A stretch of 20,432 nt of DNA, taken from NCBI GenBank assembly GCA_038108555.1, contig JAYNIA010000028.1:12305-32736 (forward strand). Reading direction: 5' to 3'. Source of the stretch: Nitrospinota bacterium. Lineage in GTDB: Bacteria; Nitrospinota; Nitrospinia; Nitrospinales; VA-1. The position numbers and the translations under genes are program-made. The notes below the pieces were generated by a model. The model saw only the letters and a program-made list of their open reading frames with translations. It did not search any database and had not been told where the DNA came from. Positions 1 through 8,474 of the stretch are shown piece after piece (positions within the stretch are counted from its first letter, which is position 1; each line of letters opens with the position of its first letter).

Positions 1-308
1 GTACCGGTTGCTGCCTGAGAAGCCAATTCTCGAAGACGAATGAGAATACTGGCCTGCTCGTTGAGCGCACCTTCAGCTACGTTAATAAGGGAAATTCCAT
101 CGTTTGCGTTTCGAACCGCCTGTCTCAGCGCTCGAATATCTGAACGCAAGGCTTCCGAAATAGCTAGACCTGCTGCATCATCGGCACCCCTGTTGATACG
201 GATACCTGATGAAATTCGTTCAACCGACTGTGCTAGCCGGTCGTTGTTGACACCCAGGATCCTCTGGGCGTTCAATGAGGGGATGTTGTTAAAGATTCGA
301 ACTGGCAT
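1..308 (-). CDS. fliC: Flagellin, 5' part only (runs off the window edge; missing from the ORF track)
   Basis: Manual translation from ATG at 308: [102 protein letters not shown]. This is the flagellin N-terminal signature. A GGAGG RBS lies upstream. Confidence 0.96.
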   Translation of the reverse strand, partial: MPVRIFNNIPSLNAQRILGVNNDRLAQSVERISSGIRINRGADDAAGLAISEALRSDIRALRQAVRNANDGISLINVAEGALNEQASILIRLRELASQAATG

Positions 309-311
309 TGT

Positions 312-440
312 AATCCTCCATGATTTAAATTGCGGGTTACTGTTTTGGCCTCCGTACCAAAACAAGCCTCCAAGCTTTTAACCCTTAGGTGAAGAATCCG
401 TTTCTACACCTTTTGATAAGTTTGTTGCCTCCTGATAAAA
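312..440 (-). promoter_or_regulatory. Flagellin 5' leader with multiple GGA-loop hairpins (putative CsrA/RsmA sites)
   Basis: Minus-strand hairpins: AATC-ATGGAG-GATT (312-325, overlaps the SD), TGTTTTGG-TACGGAGG-CCAAAACA (341-364), AAGC-TTGGAG-GCTT (364-377), AGGTGTAGAA-ACGGA-TTCTTCACCT (387-411). A further CAGGAGG lies at about 428-434. Confidence 0.75.
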
Positions 441-490
441 AATTTAAAAATTTGCTACTTGATTCAGGATATAAACATGCTCAATGAGGC

Positions 491-517
491 CTATCGGAGA
501 AACTCGATGGATCTTTA
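491..517 (-). promoter_or_regulatory. Sigma-28 (FliA) promoter for the leftmost flagellin
   Basis: Minus strand reads TAAA-N15-TCCGATAG against the consensus TAAA-N15-GCCGATAA, upstream of a flagellin. Confidence 0.85.
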
Positions 518-644
518 GGAAATATTTTTATTTTTTAAAATAGTCCCTAAAAATTGAGAGGGTTTTTCTATAGGGAAGGTAGAGGGGCGCGCTTTTTTGT
601 GCAATAAAAACAATCGGTTAAGTTTTTTTAGAGCCTTTTAAAGC

Positions 645-1505
645 TTATTGCAGAAGTTCTAATAAATTTTGTCCGGAAAGATTGGTTTGTCCCACCATGG
701 ATACAGCAGCATTCGATAAAATCTGGTTTCGCGTCAGTAGGGCCAATTCCTGGGCAATATCTGCATCTCGAATGGTGGCATCTGCCTGCGATAGATTTTC
801 AACGGTTGTTCCCAGGTTTCCCAAAGTTCTGAGAAACCTGTTTTGCAAAGCTCCCGCGTTTCCTCTTGCGTTTGAAATGGTATTGAAGCTGCTTTCAATC
901 TGGTCAATTGCAGCAAGTGCATTATCTGTAGTGGAAATGGAGACTTCCGCCAGGCCCAGTTCTGTTGAATTACTGGCTCGCAGGTCCAAAACCTGGTTCA
1001 GGTTGATTCGACTTTCTTCAGCACTATCCAAGCCAATTTGGATGGAAACTTGCAACGAGCTATCGACTGTAGAAGCCAGAGACCCATCAATGAGTTTTTT
1101 GCCGTTAAATTCGGTAGTAGACGCAATTCGGTCAATTTCTTCCCTTAATGCAGAAAATTCCAGTTGCAAGGTTTGACGTTCAAGGTCCCCGATCGTTCCC
1201 GAAGCCGATTGCGATGCCAATTCCCTCAGACGAATCAGTATATTTGACTGAACATTTAGAGCCCCTTCAATAACATTAATCAGGGAAATGCCATCATTTG
1301 CGTTCCGTTCGGCTTGCCTTAGCGTTCGAATATCTGAGCGAAGTGACTCTGAAATTGCAAGGCCGGCGACATCATCGGAGCCTTTATTTACTCGTGTTCC
1401 AAACGCCACCCGTTCAATGGATCGTCCCACTCGATCATTATTTATGTCCAAAAACCGTTGCGCGGTTTGTGACAGCGAGTTATTTGCAATGCTGTTGTTG
1501 GCCAT
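645..1505 (-). CDS. Flagellin, divergent paralogue (286 aa)
   Basis: Motifs [49 protein letters not shown] and IRDADIAQE. Both D0 termini are present. Confidence 0.93.
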   Translation of the reverse strand: MANNSIANNSLSQTAQRFLDINNDRVGRSIERVAFGTRVNKGSDDVAGLAISESLRSDIRTLRQAERNANDGISLINVIEGALNVQSNILIRLRELASQSASGTIGDLERQTLQLEFSALREEIDRIASTTEFNGKKLIDGSLASTVDSSLQVSIQIGLDSAEESRINLNQVLDLRASNSTELGLAEVSISTTDNALAAIDQIESSFNTISNARGNAGALQNRFLRTLGNLGTTVENLSQADATIRDADIAQELALLTRNQILSNAAVSMVGQTNLSGQNLLELLQ

Positions 1506-1514
1506 AATACTTCT

Positions 1515-2240
1515 TTAGTGTTTTGAGGGCTGGATCATTCTAAGAAACTCTTCCGCCTTTTCAAGGGTGCTGGGTGCAGACTCAGCCGCCCGGTGGTTTG
1601 TGACGGAAACGTCCAGGTTTCTTTTGATTTTTTCAAGAATCGACCTTAAGGCCTGAGACCGCTCTTTTAACCTATTACAGATCCCTAGGGCATTTTCAAT
1701 CACCATTATGGTTTTAAATCCATCTTCAGGAGTGTTGAAAAAAGTGGCCCCCAATCCCAATGTCTTTGAAGTGATTCTGGGTATGTTTAAACCCGTATTC
1801 AAATTAACCCGGTTCTCAGGGGACCCCGTTACGCCCGCCATTAAATACAAATGTTGTTCTTCATTTCTTGAGGCTGACAACGACCCATCAAGAATTTTTT
1901 TCCCTTTGAACTTAATAGACTCTGAAAGCTGATCCAGTTCTTTTTTCTTAAGGGAGATTTTTTCTTCCAGTACAGAGCGCTTGGAAGGTTCAAGATTTGA
2001 AGCAAGACCCGGTCCAGACAGTTCTTTAATCTGAACCAAGTGAGCTTCAATTTTCTCGTAGGCATCATCCGCTTTGTCAAGCAGTTCAATACCCAAATCA
2101 ATATTGTGAATGGCCTGATCCAGGCTTTTCAGATCCGTAGTCCTGTTTTCAGGTTGGAATAATCCTGGCTCCAGGATTTCCTGAGTCAGATCCACGCCCT
2201 CCACTTTAAGGGGTACTTTGGCTATAGTCTTCTGTTCCAT
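1515..2240 (-). CDS. Flagellin-related protein, D1 core only, lacking the N- and C-terminal D0 segments (241 aa)
   Basis: Aligns by eye to the neighbouring flagellins from DLKSLDQAIHNIDLGIELL through FKGKKILDGSL and RVNLN to NHRAAESA; the termini are unrelated. It has a GAGGAG RBS and a 9-bp gap to the next flagellin. Confidence 0.8.
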   Translation of the reverse strand: MEQKTIAKVPLKVEGVDLTQEILEPGLFQPENRTTDLKSLDQAIHNIDLGIELLDKADDAYEKIEAHLVQIKELSGPGLASNLEPSKRSVLEEKISLKKKELDQLSESIKFKGKKILDGSLSASRNEEQHLYLMAGVTGSPENRVNLNTGLNIPRITSKTLGLGATFFNTPEDGFKTIMVIENALGICNRLKERSQALRSILEKIKRNLDVSVTNHRAAESAPSTLEKAEEFLRMIQPSKH

Positions 2241-2285
2241 GTCGGACTCCTCGCATTATGCTGGTTAGATCGGTGAATAAGTCGA

Positions 2286-3143
2286 TTAAGCCAGCAACTG
2301 CAAGATAGACTGTGGAATCAGATTTGCCTGCCCCACCATGGCTGTTGAAGATTGCACGAGAATCTGGTTTCTTGTCAGCGTTGCAATTTCTTCGGCGATG
2401 TCCGCATCACGGATAGCAGATTCTGCAGCCTGCAGGTTTTCAATGGTAACAGAGAGATTGGCTACAGATCGGGCCAGCCTGTTTTGCACCGCACCTACCT
2501 TACCTCGTCCCTGCGTAACTGTTGTAATCGCCGTGTTGATGGTATCCAGTGCAGTCAATGCATTATCAGCGCTTGTTACAGAGAGAGTGTTAATGGAAAG
2601 GCTGGAAGCTGTTACCGCAGCGAGATCCACTTCAGTGTTTAAATTGATTCGACTGTTGGTTCCACTGTCAATACCTACCTGAATAAGTACCTGACTTGTG
2701 CTTGTCACAGAGGAGGCCAGAGAGCCGTCAACCAAACCTTGTCCATTAAACTGAGTGGTTGATGAAATACGATCAATCTCACTTCTAAGAGCACTGAACT
2801 CGAGTTGGATGGTTTGACGCTCTGTCGAACCAACGGTTCCGGTTGCCGCCTGAGAAGCCAGCTCACGAAGTCGAATTAGAATACTCGATTGTTCGTTGAG
2901 CGCACCTTCAGTAACGTTGATGAGTGAAATTCCGTCGTTTGCGTTTCGAACTGCCTGACGAAGTGCCCGGATATCAGAACGTAATGCTTCTGAAATAGCC
3001 AGGCCGGCTGCATCATCAGCACCTCTGTTAATCCGGATACCGGATGAAATACGTTCAACGGATCGTGCAAGACGGTCGTTGTTTGTGCCCAAGATCCTTT
3101 GGGCATTAAGCGAGGGTATATTGTTGAAGATTCTTACTGGCAT
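2286..3143 (-). CDS. fliC: Flagellin (285 aa, short type without large outer domains)
   Basis: Canonical motifs [47 protein letters not shown] and QANLIPQSILQLL. Confidence 0.97.
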   Translation of the reverse strand: MPVRIFNNIPSLNAQRILGTNNDRLARSVERISSGIRINRGADDAAGLAISEALRSDIRALRQAVRNANDGISLINVTEGALNEQSSILIRLRELASQAATGTVGSTERQTIQLEFSALRSEIDRISSTTQFNGQGLVDGSLASSVTSTSQVLIQVGIDSGTNSRINLNTEVDLAAVTASSLSINTLSVTSADNALTALDTINTAITTVTQGRGKVGAVQNRLARSVANLSVTIENLQAAESAIRDADIAEEIATLTRNQILVQSSTAMVGQANLIPQSILQLLA

Positions 3144-3328
3144 ATCCCTAATCCTCCACCATGAGTTAGATATTTGCTGCGATTAATTTTTTGTTTAACT
3201 GGTACTGCTGCCCCTGAAGGATTTTATTTAAGGTGGCTTCCTTTCAGCTTTCCACCGTTTCTAAAAACTCTTTTTGGAATAGGGAGTTTTGAATCTCCAA
3301 TTCAAGGTACTTCCCTACTCAATTACGG

Positions 3329-3355
3329 TTATCGGTCAAAAAAATTAGAACTTTA
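3329..3355 (-). promoter_or_regulatory. Sigma-28 (FliA) promoter for the three-gene flagellin operon
   Basis: Minus strand reads TAAA(GTT)-N15-ACCGATAA with exact 15-bp spacing, ~185 bp upstream of the flagellin ATG. Confidence 0.88.
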
Positions 3356-3370
3356 AAAAAAAGTTAAAAT

Positions 3371-4105
3371 TTATTGATTTTTTGTTCGCCAGTCTTTTTG
3401 TTCGATTTTTGAGTTTAGGGATGCTACTTCAGGATGGGTTTCTAGAAATTGGATAACAGCTTCTAAATCAATAGTTGTGGAGGAATTGTGTTGGGAGAAA
3501 ATTTTTTCCATCAGGGTAAAATCTTCGAGGGTATCAACGGTCAATCGATAGGGACAATTTTTTAAATAGGAGGGAGGTTCCACTTGGGTAATTGTAAATT
3601 TGTCCCTGTGATCCTGAAACCAGGTGGTCACATGTTCCAGATATTTTGGGTCGCGAGCTTGCTCTCCTATAATTTTTAATGTTTCCAGACGAACCAGTTC
3701 ACTGCCCGTTCCCAAAGGAATGGGAGCGGCGGAAATTGTATAGTCCGCATTTGATTTGATATGTGCTTTTATAAGAGATTGTAAAAGAGGGATGTCAAAA
3801 AGAGGGTTATCCCCGCAAATTCGTACAATATGTTTTGCCTTTATGGATTCCCCTGCTTGAATAAATCTTTCCAAAACATTTTCTTCATCGCCCTGGAAAG
3901 AGGCGATGCTATGTTCATTTGCGTTTTCAATGAGAGGGGATTCGGATGCTCCTCTGGGTGTGGCTAATAGAATCTGGTCAATTTCCGGAACCTGTTGCAA
4001 TCGAATGATGATATGCTCAAGAATGGAACGTCCTGAAAGCAGGTGGGCACTTTTTCCTGGAAAACGTGTTGATCCCATCCTGGCCTGAATTATTGCTGCA
4101 ACCAT
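3371..4105 (-). CDS. SpsF-family cytidylyltransferase (CMP-nonulosonic acid synthetase-like), possibly for flagellin glycosylation
   Basis: Motifs IIQARMGSTRFPGK, GDEENVLERF, VRICGDNP, EHVT and RLTVDTLEDF. Confidence 0.88.
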   Translation of the reverse strand: MVAAIIQARMGSTRFPGKSAHLLSGRSILEHIIIRLQQVPEIDQILLATPRGASESPLIENANEHSIASFQGDEENVLERFIQAGESIKAKHIVRICGDNPLFDIPLLQSLIKAHIKSNADYTISAAPIPLGTGSELVRLETLKIIGEQARDPKYLEHVTTWFQDHRDKFTITQVEPPSYLKNCPYRLTVDTLEDFTLMEKIFSQHNSSTTIDLEAVIQFLETHPEVASLNSKIEQKDWRTKNQ

Positions 4106-4165
4106 GATTATTTAAATAAAATTGAAATGGAAGCGGTTATTGTAACCTTTTGAAAGTTATTTGTA

Positions 4166-5098
4166 ATGTCGAAAAATTCCCGTTCACTGATCCGACCCCA
4201 AAAACTTAATGCGGGGGATAAAGTTGCTGTTGTGGCTCCCGCAGGTCCGGTTGAAAGGGAGTCGTTGGATAAGGGATTGGATGTGATTTCTGAAATGGGA
4301 TTTCAACCGGTTCCAGGAAAGCATGTCTATAAACGTTCGAGATTTTTGGCAGGAACGGACTCGCAACGCGCAAACGATATTATGGATATGGTTCGCAACC
4401 CGGAAATAAAAGCGATCTTTTGTGCCCGGGGGGGATATGGGACCAATCGAATTCTGCAATATCTAGATCCCAAGGTAATTCGGGCCAATGCGAAAATTTT
4501 TGTAGGCTCCAGCGATATCACTCTACTGCTCCACTATTTATATCTTCAATGCGGAGTCGTAGGATTTCATGGGCCCATGGTTGCGGGTAGTTTTGGACGG
4601 GCACCTATGAAGCAATCCCAAAAACAGTTTAAAAATATCCTAATGGGAAAACCCACAATGCTTTGCAGTAAAAAGTCTCAAGTTTTTTCTAAGGGGATTG
4701 CAACCGGGAAACTGACGGGAGGTTGCCTGACACTCCTTTGCCGTTCTCTGGGTACCTCTTATGAACTGCAAACAAAAAATCGAATCTTGTTTGTTGAGGA
4801 TGTGAATGAGCCTTTGTATAAACTGGATGGAATGTTGTGGCAACTGAAAGCCGCAGGAAAATTCAAAGGGGTACGTGGAGTTATTTTTGGTGAAATGATA
4901 GGCTGCAAGCCCCAAAAGCCAGGAGATGGAAAGCTTGAAGATATTCTTGCCGATCTATTTCCTGATCCACAAATTCCCATTCTCACCCATTGCCCGGTAG
5001 GACATGGCAAGGAAATCTGGACTCTGCCTTTTGAAACCCAGGCAACTCTTGATGCTTCCGAGAAATCGCTTGAACTGAAAAACTGCGGCGTTAAGTGA
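4166..5098 (+). CDS. LD-carboxypeptidase, peptidase S66 (LdcA/MccF family)
   Basis: Motifs VAPAGP, CARGGYG, GSSDIT (catalytic Ser), EDVNE (Glu) and GHG (His). Confidence 0.92.
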   Translation: MSKNSRSLIRPQKLNAGDKVAVVAPAGPVERESLDKGLDVISEMGFQPVPGKHVYKRSRFLAGTDSQRANDIMDMVRNPEIKAIFCARGGYGTNRILQYLDPKVIRANAKIFVGSSDITLLLHYLYLQCGVVGFHGPMVAGSFGRAPMKQSQKQFKNILMGKPTMLCSKKSQVFSKGIATGKLTGGCLTLLCRSLGTSYELQTKNRILFVEDVNEPLYKLDGMLWQLKAAGKFKGVRGVIFGEMIGCKPQKPGDGKLEDILADLFPDPQIPILTHCPVGHGKEIWTLPFETQATLDASEKSLELKNCGVK

Positions 5099-5187
5099 CC
5101 CACTCGGCGTCGAGCCAGATTACCTATAAATGTCTGGATACCTTAAGGTTTTTTGCCTGTTAAAATTTTGTCTTATGGGAAACGAGT

Positions 5188-6024
5188 TCAAGTCAATCGA
5201 ATGCAAACGCCTTTTTCTTTCAGGTAGCGTTTGGTCTCGTCTATCGTAAATTCCTTGAAATGGAAAATGGAAGCAGCCAGGACCGCATCGGCCTTTCCAT
5301 CAATAATCCCTTCGTAAAGATGTTCCAAGGTGCCTGCTCCCCCGGAGGCAATGACGGGGATGGTCACGGATTCTGAAACCGTTCGATTCAATTCCAAGTC
5401 ATAACCCGATTTTGTACCATCTTTATCCATGCTGGTGAGTAAAATTTCCCCGGCACCGTAGCTTTCCATTTGCCGGGCCCACTTAACAACATTGATGGAT
5501 GTTGGGGTTCTTCCTCCGTGAATATAAACCTCCCAGGTTGGGGGGCTATCACTTTCGTTAATCAGCAGGTCCGGGTGGTTATCGGCCCAATCAGGGATAG
5601 AGGGTTCATCGCTTGCGGAACTGGTTTGCTTTGCATCAATGGCAACGACAATGCACTGGCTTCCAAACCGTTTTGCGGCACTTTCTACGAATTCAGGATT
5701 TTTAACTGCTGCAGAATTAATGGCTACCTTGTCTGCTCCGGCTTTTAATAGATTTCGAATGTCTTCTAAAGTCCGAACCCCCCCTCCTACCGTAAGGGGC
5801 ATAAAAATTTTTTCTGCTGTTCTTGCGACTACATCTAGAATGATATTGCGTTTTTCATGAGAGGCGGTGATGTCAAGAAAGGTGAGTTCATCGGCACCTT
5901 CTTTTTCATAGGCCTCCGCAATTTCTACGGGATCTCCTGCATCACGTAAATTGACAAAGTTCACCCCCTTGACCACGCGGCCATCTTTAACGTCAAGGCA
6001 GGGGATAATACGTTTTATCAACAT
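5188..6024 (-). CDS. hisF: Imidazole glycerol phosphate synthase cyclase subunit
   Basis: Motifs [47 protein letters not shown] and LAASIFH. Confidence 0.97.
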   Translation of the reverse strand: MLIKRIIPCLDVKDGRVVKGVNFVNLRDAGDPVEIAEAYEKEGADELTFLDITASHEKRNIILDVVARTAEKIFMPLTVGGGVRTLEDIRNLLKAGADKVAINSAAVKNPEFVESAAKRFGSQCIVVAIDAKQTSSASDEPSIPDWADNHPDLLINESDSPPTWEVYIHGGRTPTSINVVKWARQMESYGAGEILLTSMDKDGTKSGYDLELNRTVSESVTIPVIASGGAGTLEHLYEGIIDGKADAVLAASIFHFKEFTIDETKRYLKEKGVCIRLT

Positions 6025-6029
6025 GGAAT

Positions 6030-6749
6030 TTAGAGCAGATTTTTCGCGTCGCGAAAGGACAAGGTTTTATCATAAAGGGCTTTGCCGATGATGACCCCTT
6101 CCACACCTGAAGATTCGAGTTGCATCAGGTTTTTTATATCTTCCAGACGACTGACTCCACCAGAAGCAATGACGGGCAGTTGTGCGGCTTCTGCAAACTC
6201 TTTAATGCTTTCGAGATTGGGGCCCTGAAGCATTCCATCGCGACTGATATCTGTGAAGATAAATCCCGCAATGCCATAGCCACGCATTTTGGCTGCCAGA
6301 TCGGTCGCCTTCTGGTCAGAAACTTCCACCCAGCCTTTAACGGCAACCATGCCATCGCGAGCATCGATGCCTACAATAATTTTCCCAGGAAATTTTTTGC
6401 AGGCCTGTTCAACAAACTCGGGTTCCTTTTGGGCAATGGTCCCTAATATTACACGGTAAACCCCGGCGTTGACGTATTCTTCGATTGCGGAGAGAGTTCG
6501 AATTCCACCTCCGACTTGAATGTCCACAGAACTGCTATAAATAATTTCCTTTACGATCTGTGAGTTTTTGGGGGAACCTTCAAAGGCTCCGTCCAAATCC
6601 ACCACATGAATCAGTTGTGCGCCTTCTTCATCCCAATGGTCTGCCATTTCCTGGGGATGGTCCGAGTAAATGGTTTCCTGGTCGGCTTTTCCCTGGGACA
6701 GGCGTACGCATTTCCCATTTTTGATGTCTACTGCAGGTATAATTTTCAT
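6030..6749 (-). CDS. hisA: ProFAR isomerase
   Basis: Motifs [39 protein letters not shown] and IIGKALY. Directly upstream of hisF. Confidence 0.97.
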   Translation of the reverse strand: MKIIPAVDIKNGKCVRLSQGKADQETIYSDHPQEMADHWDEEGAQLIHVVDLDGAFEGSPKNSQIVKEIIYSSSVDIQVGGGIRTLSAIEEYVNAGVYRVILGTIAQKEPEFVEQACKKFPGKIIVGIDARDGMVAVKGWVEVSDQKATDLAAKMRGYGIAGFIFTDISRDGMLQGPNLESIKEFAEAAQLPVIASGGVSRLEDIKNLMQLESSGVEGVIIGKALYDKTLSFRDAKNLL

Positions 6750-6880
6750 TGAAACTCTTGGGTTTGTTTTTTAATAAAGGCAGATATTAACAAATTTTAG
6801 GGATAACCTCGAATTATTCTAGGCAATGACTTTTTCCCGGCCACAATTGTTTCTTAAGGAGAATTTTGCTTCTGCTGGAT

Positions 6881-6909
6881 TGGTAATTTTACCTATTGCG
6901 TTATATAAT
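6881..6909 (+). promoter_or_regulatory. Putative sigma-70 promoter for rmlC
   Basis: TTGGTA-N17-TATAAT upstream of the rmlC ATG. Confidence 0.5.
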
Positions 6910-6971
6910 CTGCTACCCTCTCTGGGTTGTCCCGCAGTGCCTGTCTTATTTTTATAATCTGGAAATTCACC

Positions 6972-7514
6972 ATGAAATTTAAAGTTGAAAAATCGGATCT
7001 TGAAGGAGTTTTGCTGATCCAACCGGCTGTTCATACGGATTCAAGAGGTAGATTTTTTGAGAGTTTCCAAAAAGAAAGGTATCAGGAAATAGGCATTAAA
7101 GAGGAGTTTGTGCAGGACAACCAGTCGGTATCACAAAAAAACACCATCCGCGGACTCCATTATCGGGCGGCTCCTGAACAATCCAAACTGGTTCGCGTAA
7201 TTCGGGGTGAGGTGTTCGATGTGGTGGTGGATATTCGTAAAGACTCCCCTACCTTTGGTCAGTGGAGGGGGTATACATTGTCAGATACCAATTACCTGCA
7301 AATATATATTCCCGTGGGGTTCGCTCATGGGTTTTGTGTTCTGAGTGAAACCGCAGAGTTCCTTTACAAGGTTTCTGAATACTATTCCGCAGAAAAGGAA
7401 AAAGGGATTATGTGGAACGATCCGGATATTGGCATCGACTGGCCTACCTCCGATCCGGTTCTCTCGGAAAAAGATAAAACCAATCCTGCTTTAAAAGATT
7501 TGTTTGCAGATTAA
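6972..7514 (+). CDS. rmlC: dTDP-4-dehydrorhamnose 3,5-epimerase (start moved to ATG 6972)
   Basis: Motifs DSRGRFFESF, FVQDNQS, RGLHY, DVVVDIRKDSPTFGQW, GFAHGF and WNDPDIGIDWP. Confidence 0.96.
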   Translation: MKFKVEKSDLEGVLLIQPAVHTDSRGRFFESFQKERYQEIGIKEEFVQDNQSVSQKNTIRGLHYRAAPEQSKLVRVIRGEVFDVVVDIRKDSPTFGQWRGYTLSDTNYLQIYIPVGFAHGFCVLSETAEFLYKVSEYYSAEKEKGIMWNDPDIGIDWPTSDPVLSEKDKTNPALKDLFAD

Positions 7515-7529
7515 AAAGGTAAGATTAAA

Positions 7530-8174
7530 TCAGGAAGCTTTACTGGTAAGGAATTTACTGAATTCAGAGTACGCCAGGCTAACCGTATCTTCAATGTTCA
7601 AGTCGGCCCCATTTTCAATATTGGGGATATTTTTTACAAGAGTTTCATCCAGGCTGTTTTTCAGCTGCTTCTCAAAACTGCCCCCTCCCATTTCGCTTTT
7701 GTAGAGAGCCAGAATCTCTCCGGCTATGGATTTGCCGGGCTTTGAATCCAGTATCTGGTCATAGTCGTAACCTTTTTTTTCTCCGAACTCCAGAAGGCGG
7801 CTTATTTTTCCTGACATTGCCTCGTAATTATCTTCCCCAATGGTTGTTTGGACAGATTTTGCGAAAACCGGAAAGAGGCAATCGGGTAGACCGGGTTTCC
7901 GTATATTTTTTTCCATCAACCTCAAGAAAAAACGGCCCACATGTTCTTTTCTCTGGTTGCGGTCTTTCTTTTGCATTCTTCGTTTAGTTCTGGCCTTTTC
8001 CCTTTCCGAACTTCCCCCACTTGATGAAGATGTGCTTTCATTAATTAATTGGGCGAATAATGCCTGGGTGCCTGACTCTGCGAGTTTGAATTGCTCATCG
8101 GAGCTGAGGTCAGAGTTGTCTGAAGCTATTTTCAAAATTTTAAAAATAATGTCTTGTCTTAATGTATCGCTCAT
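7530..8174 (-). CDS. Hypothetical protein (214 aa, probably helical and soluble)
   Basis: Long ORF filling the gap between AT-rich intergenic regions, with natural composition. No family recognised. Confidence 0.8.
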   Translation of the reverse strand: MSDTLRQDIIFKILKIASDNSDLSSDEQFKLAESGTQALFAQLINESTSSSSGGSSEREKARTKRRMQKKDRNQRKEHVGRFFLRLMEKNIRKPGLPDCLFPVFAKSVQTTIGEDNYEAMSGKISRLLEFGEKKGYDYDQILDSKPGKSIAGEILALYKSEMGGGSFEKQLKNSLDETLVKNIPNIENGADLNIEDTVSLAYSEFSKFLTSKAS

Positions 8175-8397
8175 TGAAAATTCTTAGTTTTTTTAGTTAA
8201 AACGGCAGTAATAGGCCGGTACGGAACAACGAATTAAGCTAATGAAACTCTTTACGGTAATTTAGTCAAACTTTCAAGCAATGCTACTAAAAAAGCCTAT
8301 CATAATTAAATAAAAATAAACAATCCTAACCAAAAAAATAAAATAATCCACTTAAAAACAATGGGTTCTTGGGTGTTTTGAGGAAGTGCTTTTTTTC

Positions 8398-8425
8398 TTA
8401 TGTTTATTGTTGTCTTTGCCGATAA
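8398..8425 (+). promoter_or_regulatory. Putative sigma-28 promoter
   Basis: Perfect -10 GCCGATAA at 8418-8425. A weaker -35-like TTATGTTT at 8398-8405 is spaced one base longer than the consensus. Confidence 0.6.
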
Positions 8426-8474
8426 ATTAATTAGAGAGAAAAAAGCTTATTAGCAACTTAAACGAATCTTCATT

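Noticed and set aside
40..2682. Plus-strand ORFs 40-381, 682-1176, 1288-1518, 1708-1932 and 2338-2682, several of which resemble one another
   Set aside because: They are antisense shadows of the flagellin paralogues. Their similarity comes from the real minus-strand genes.
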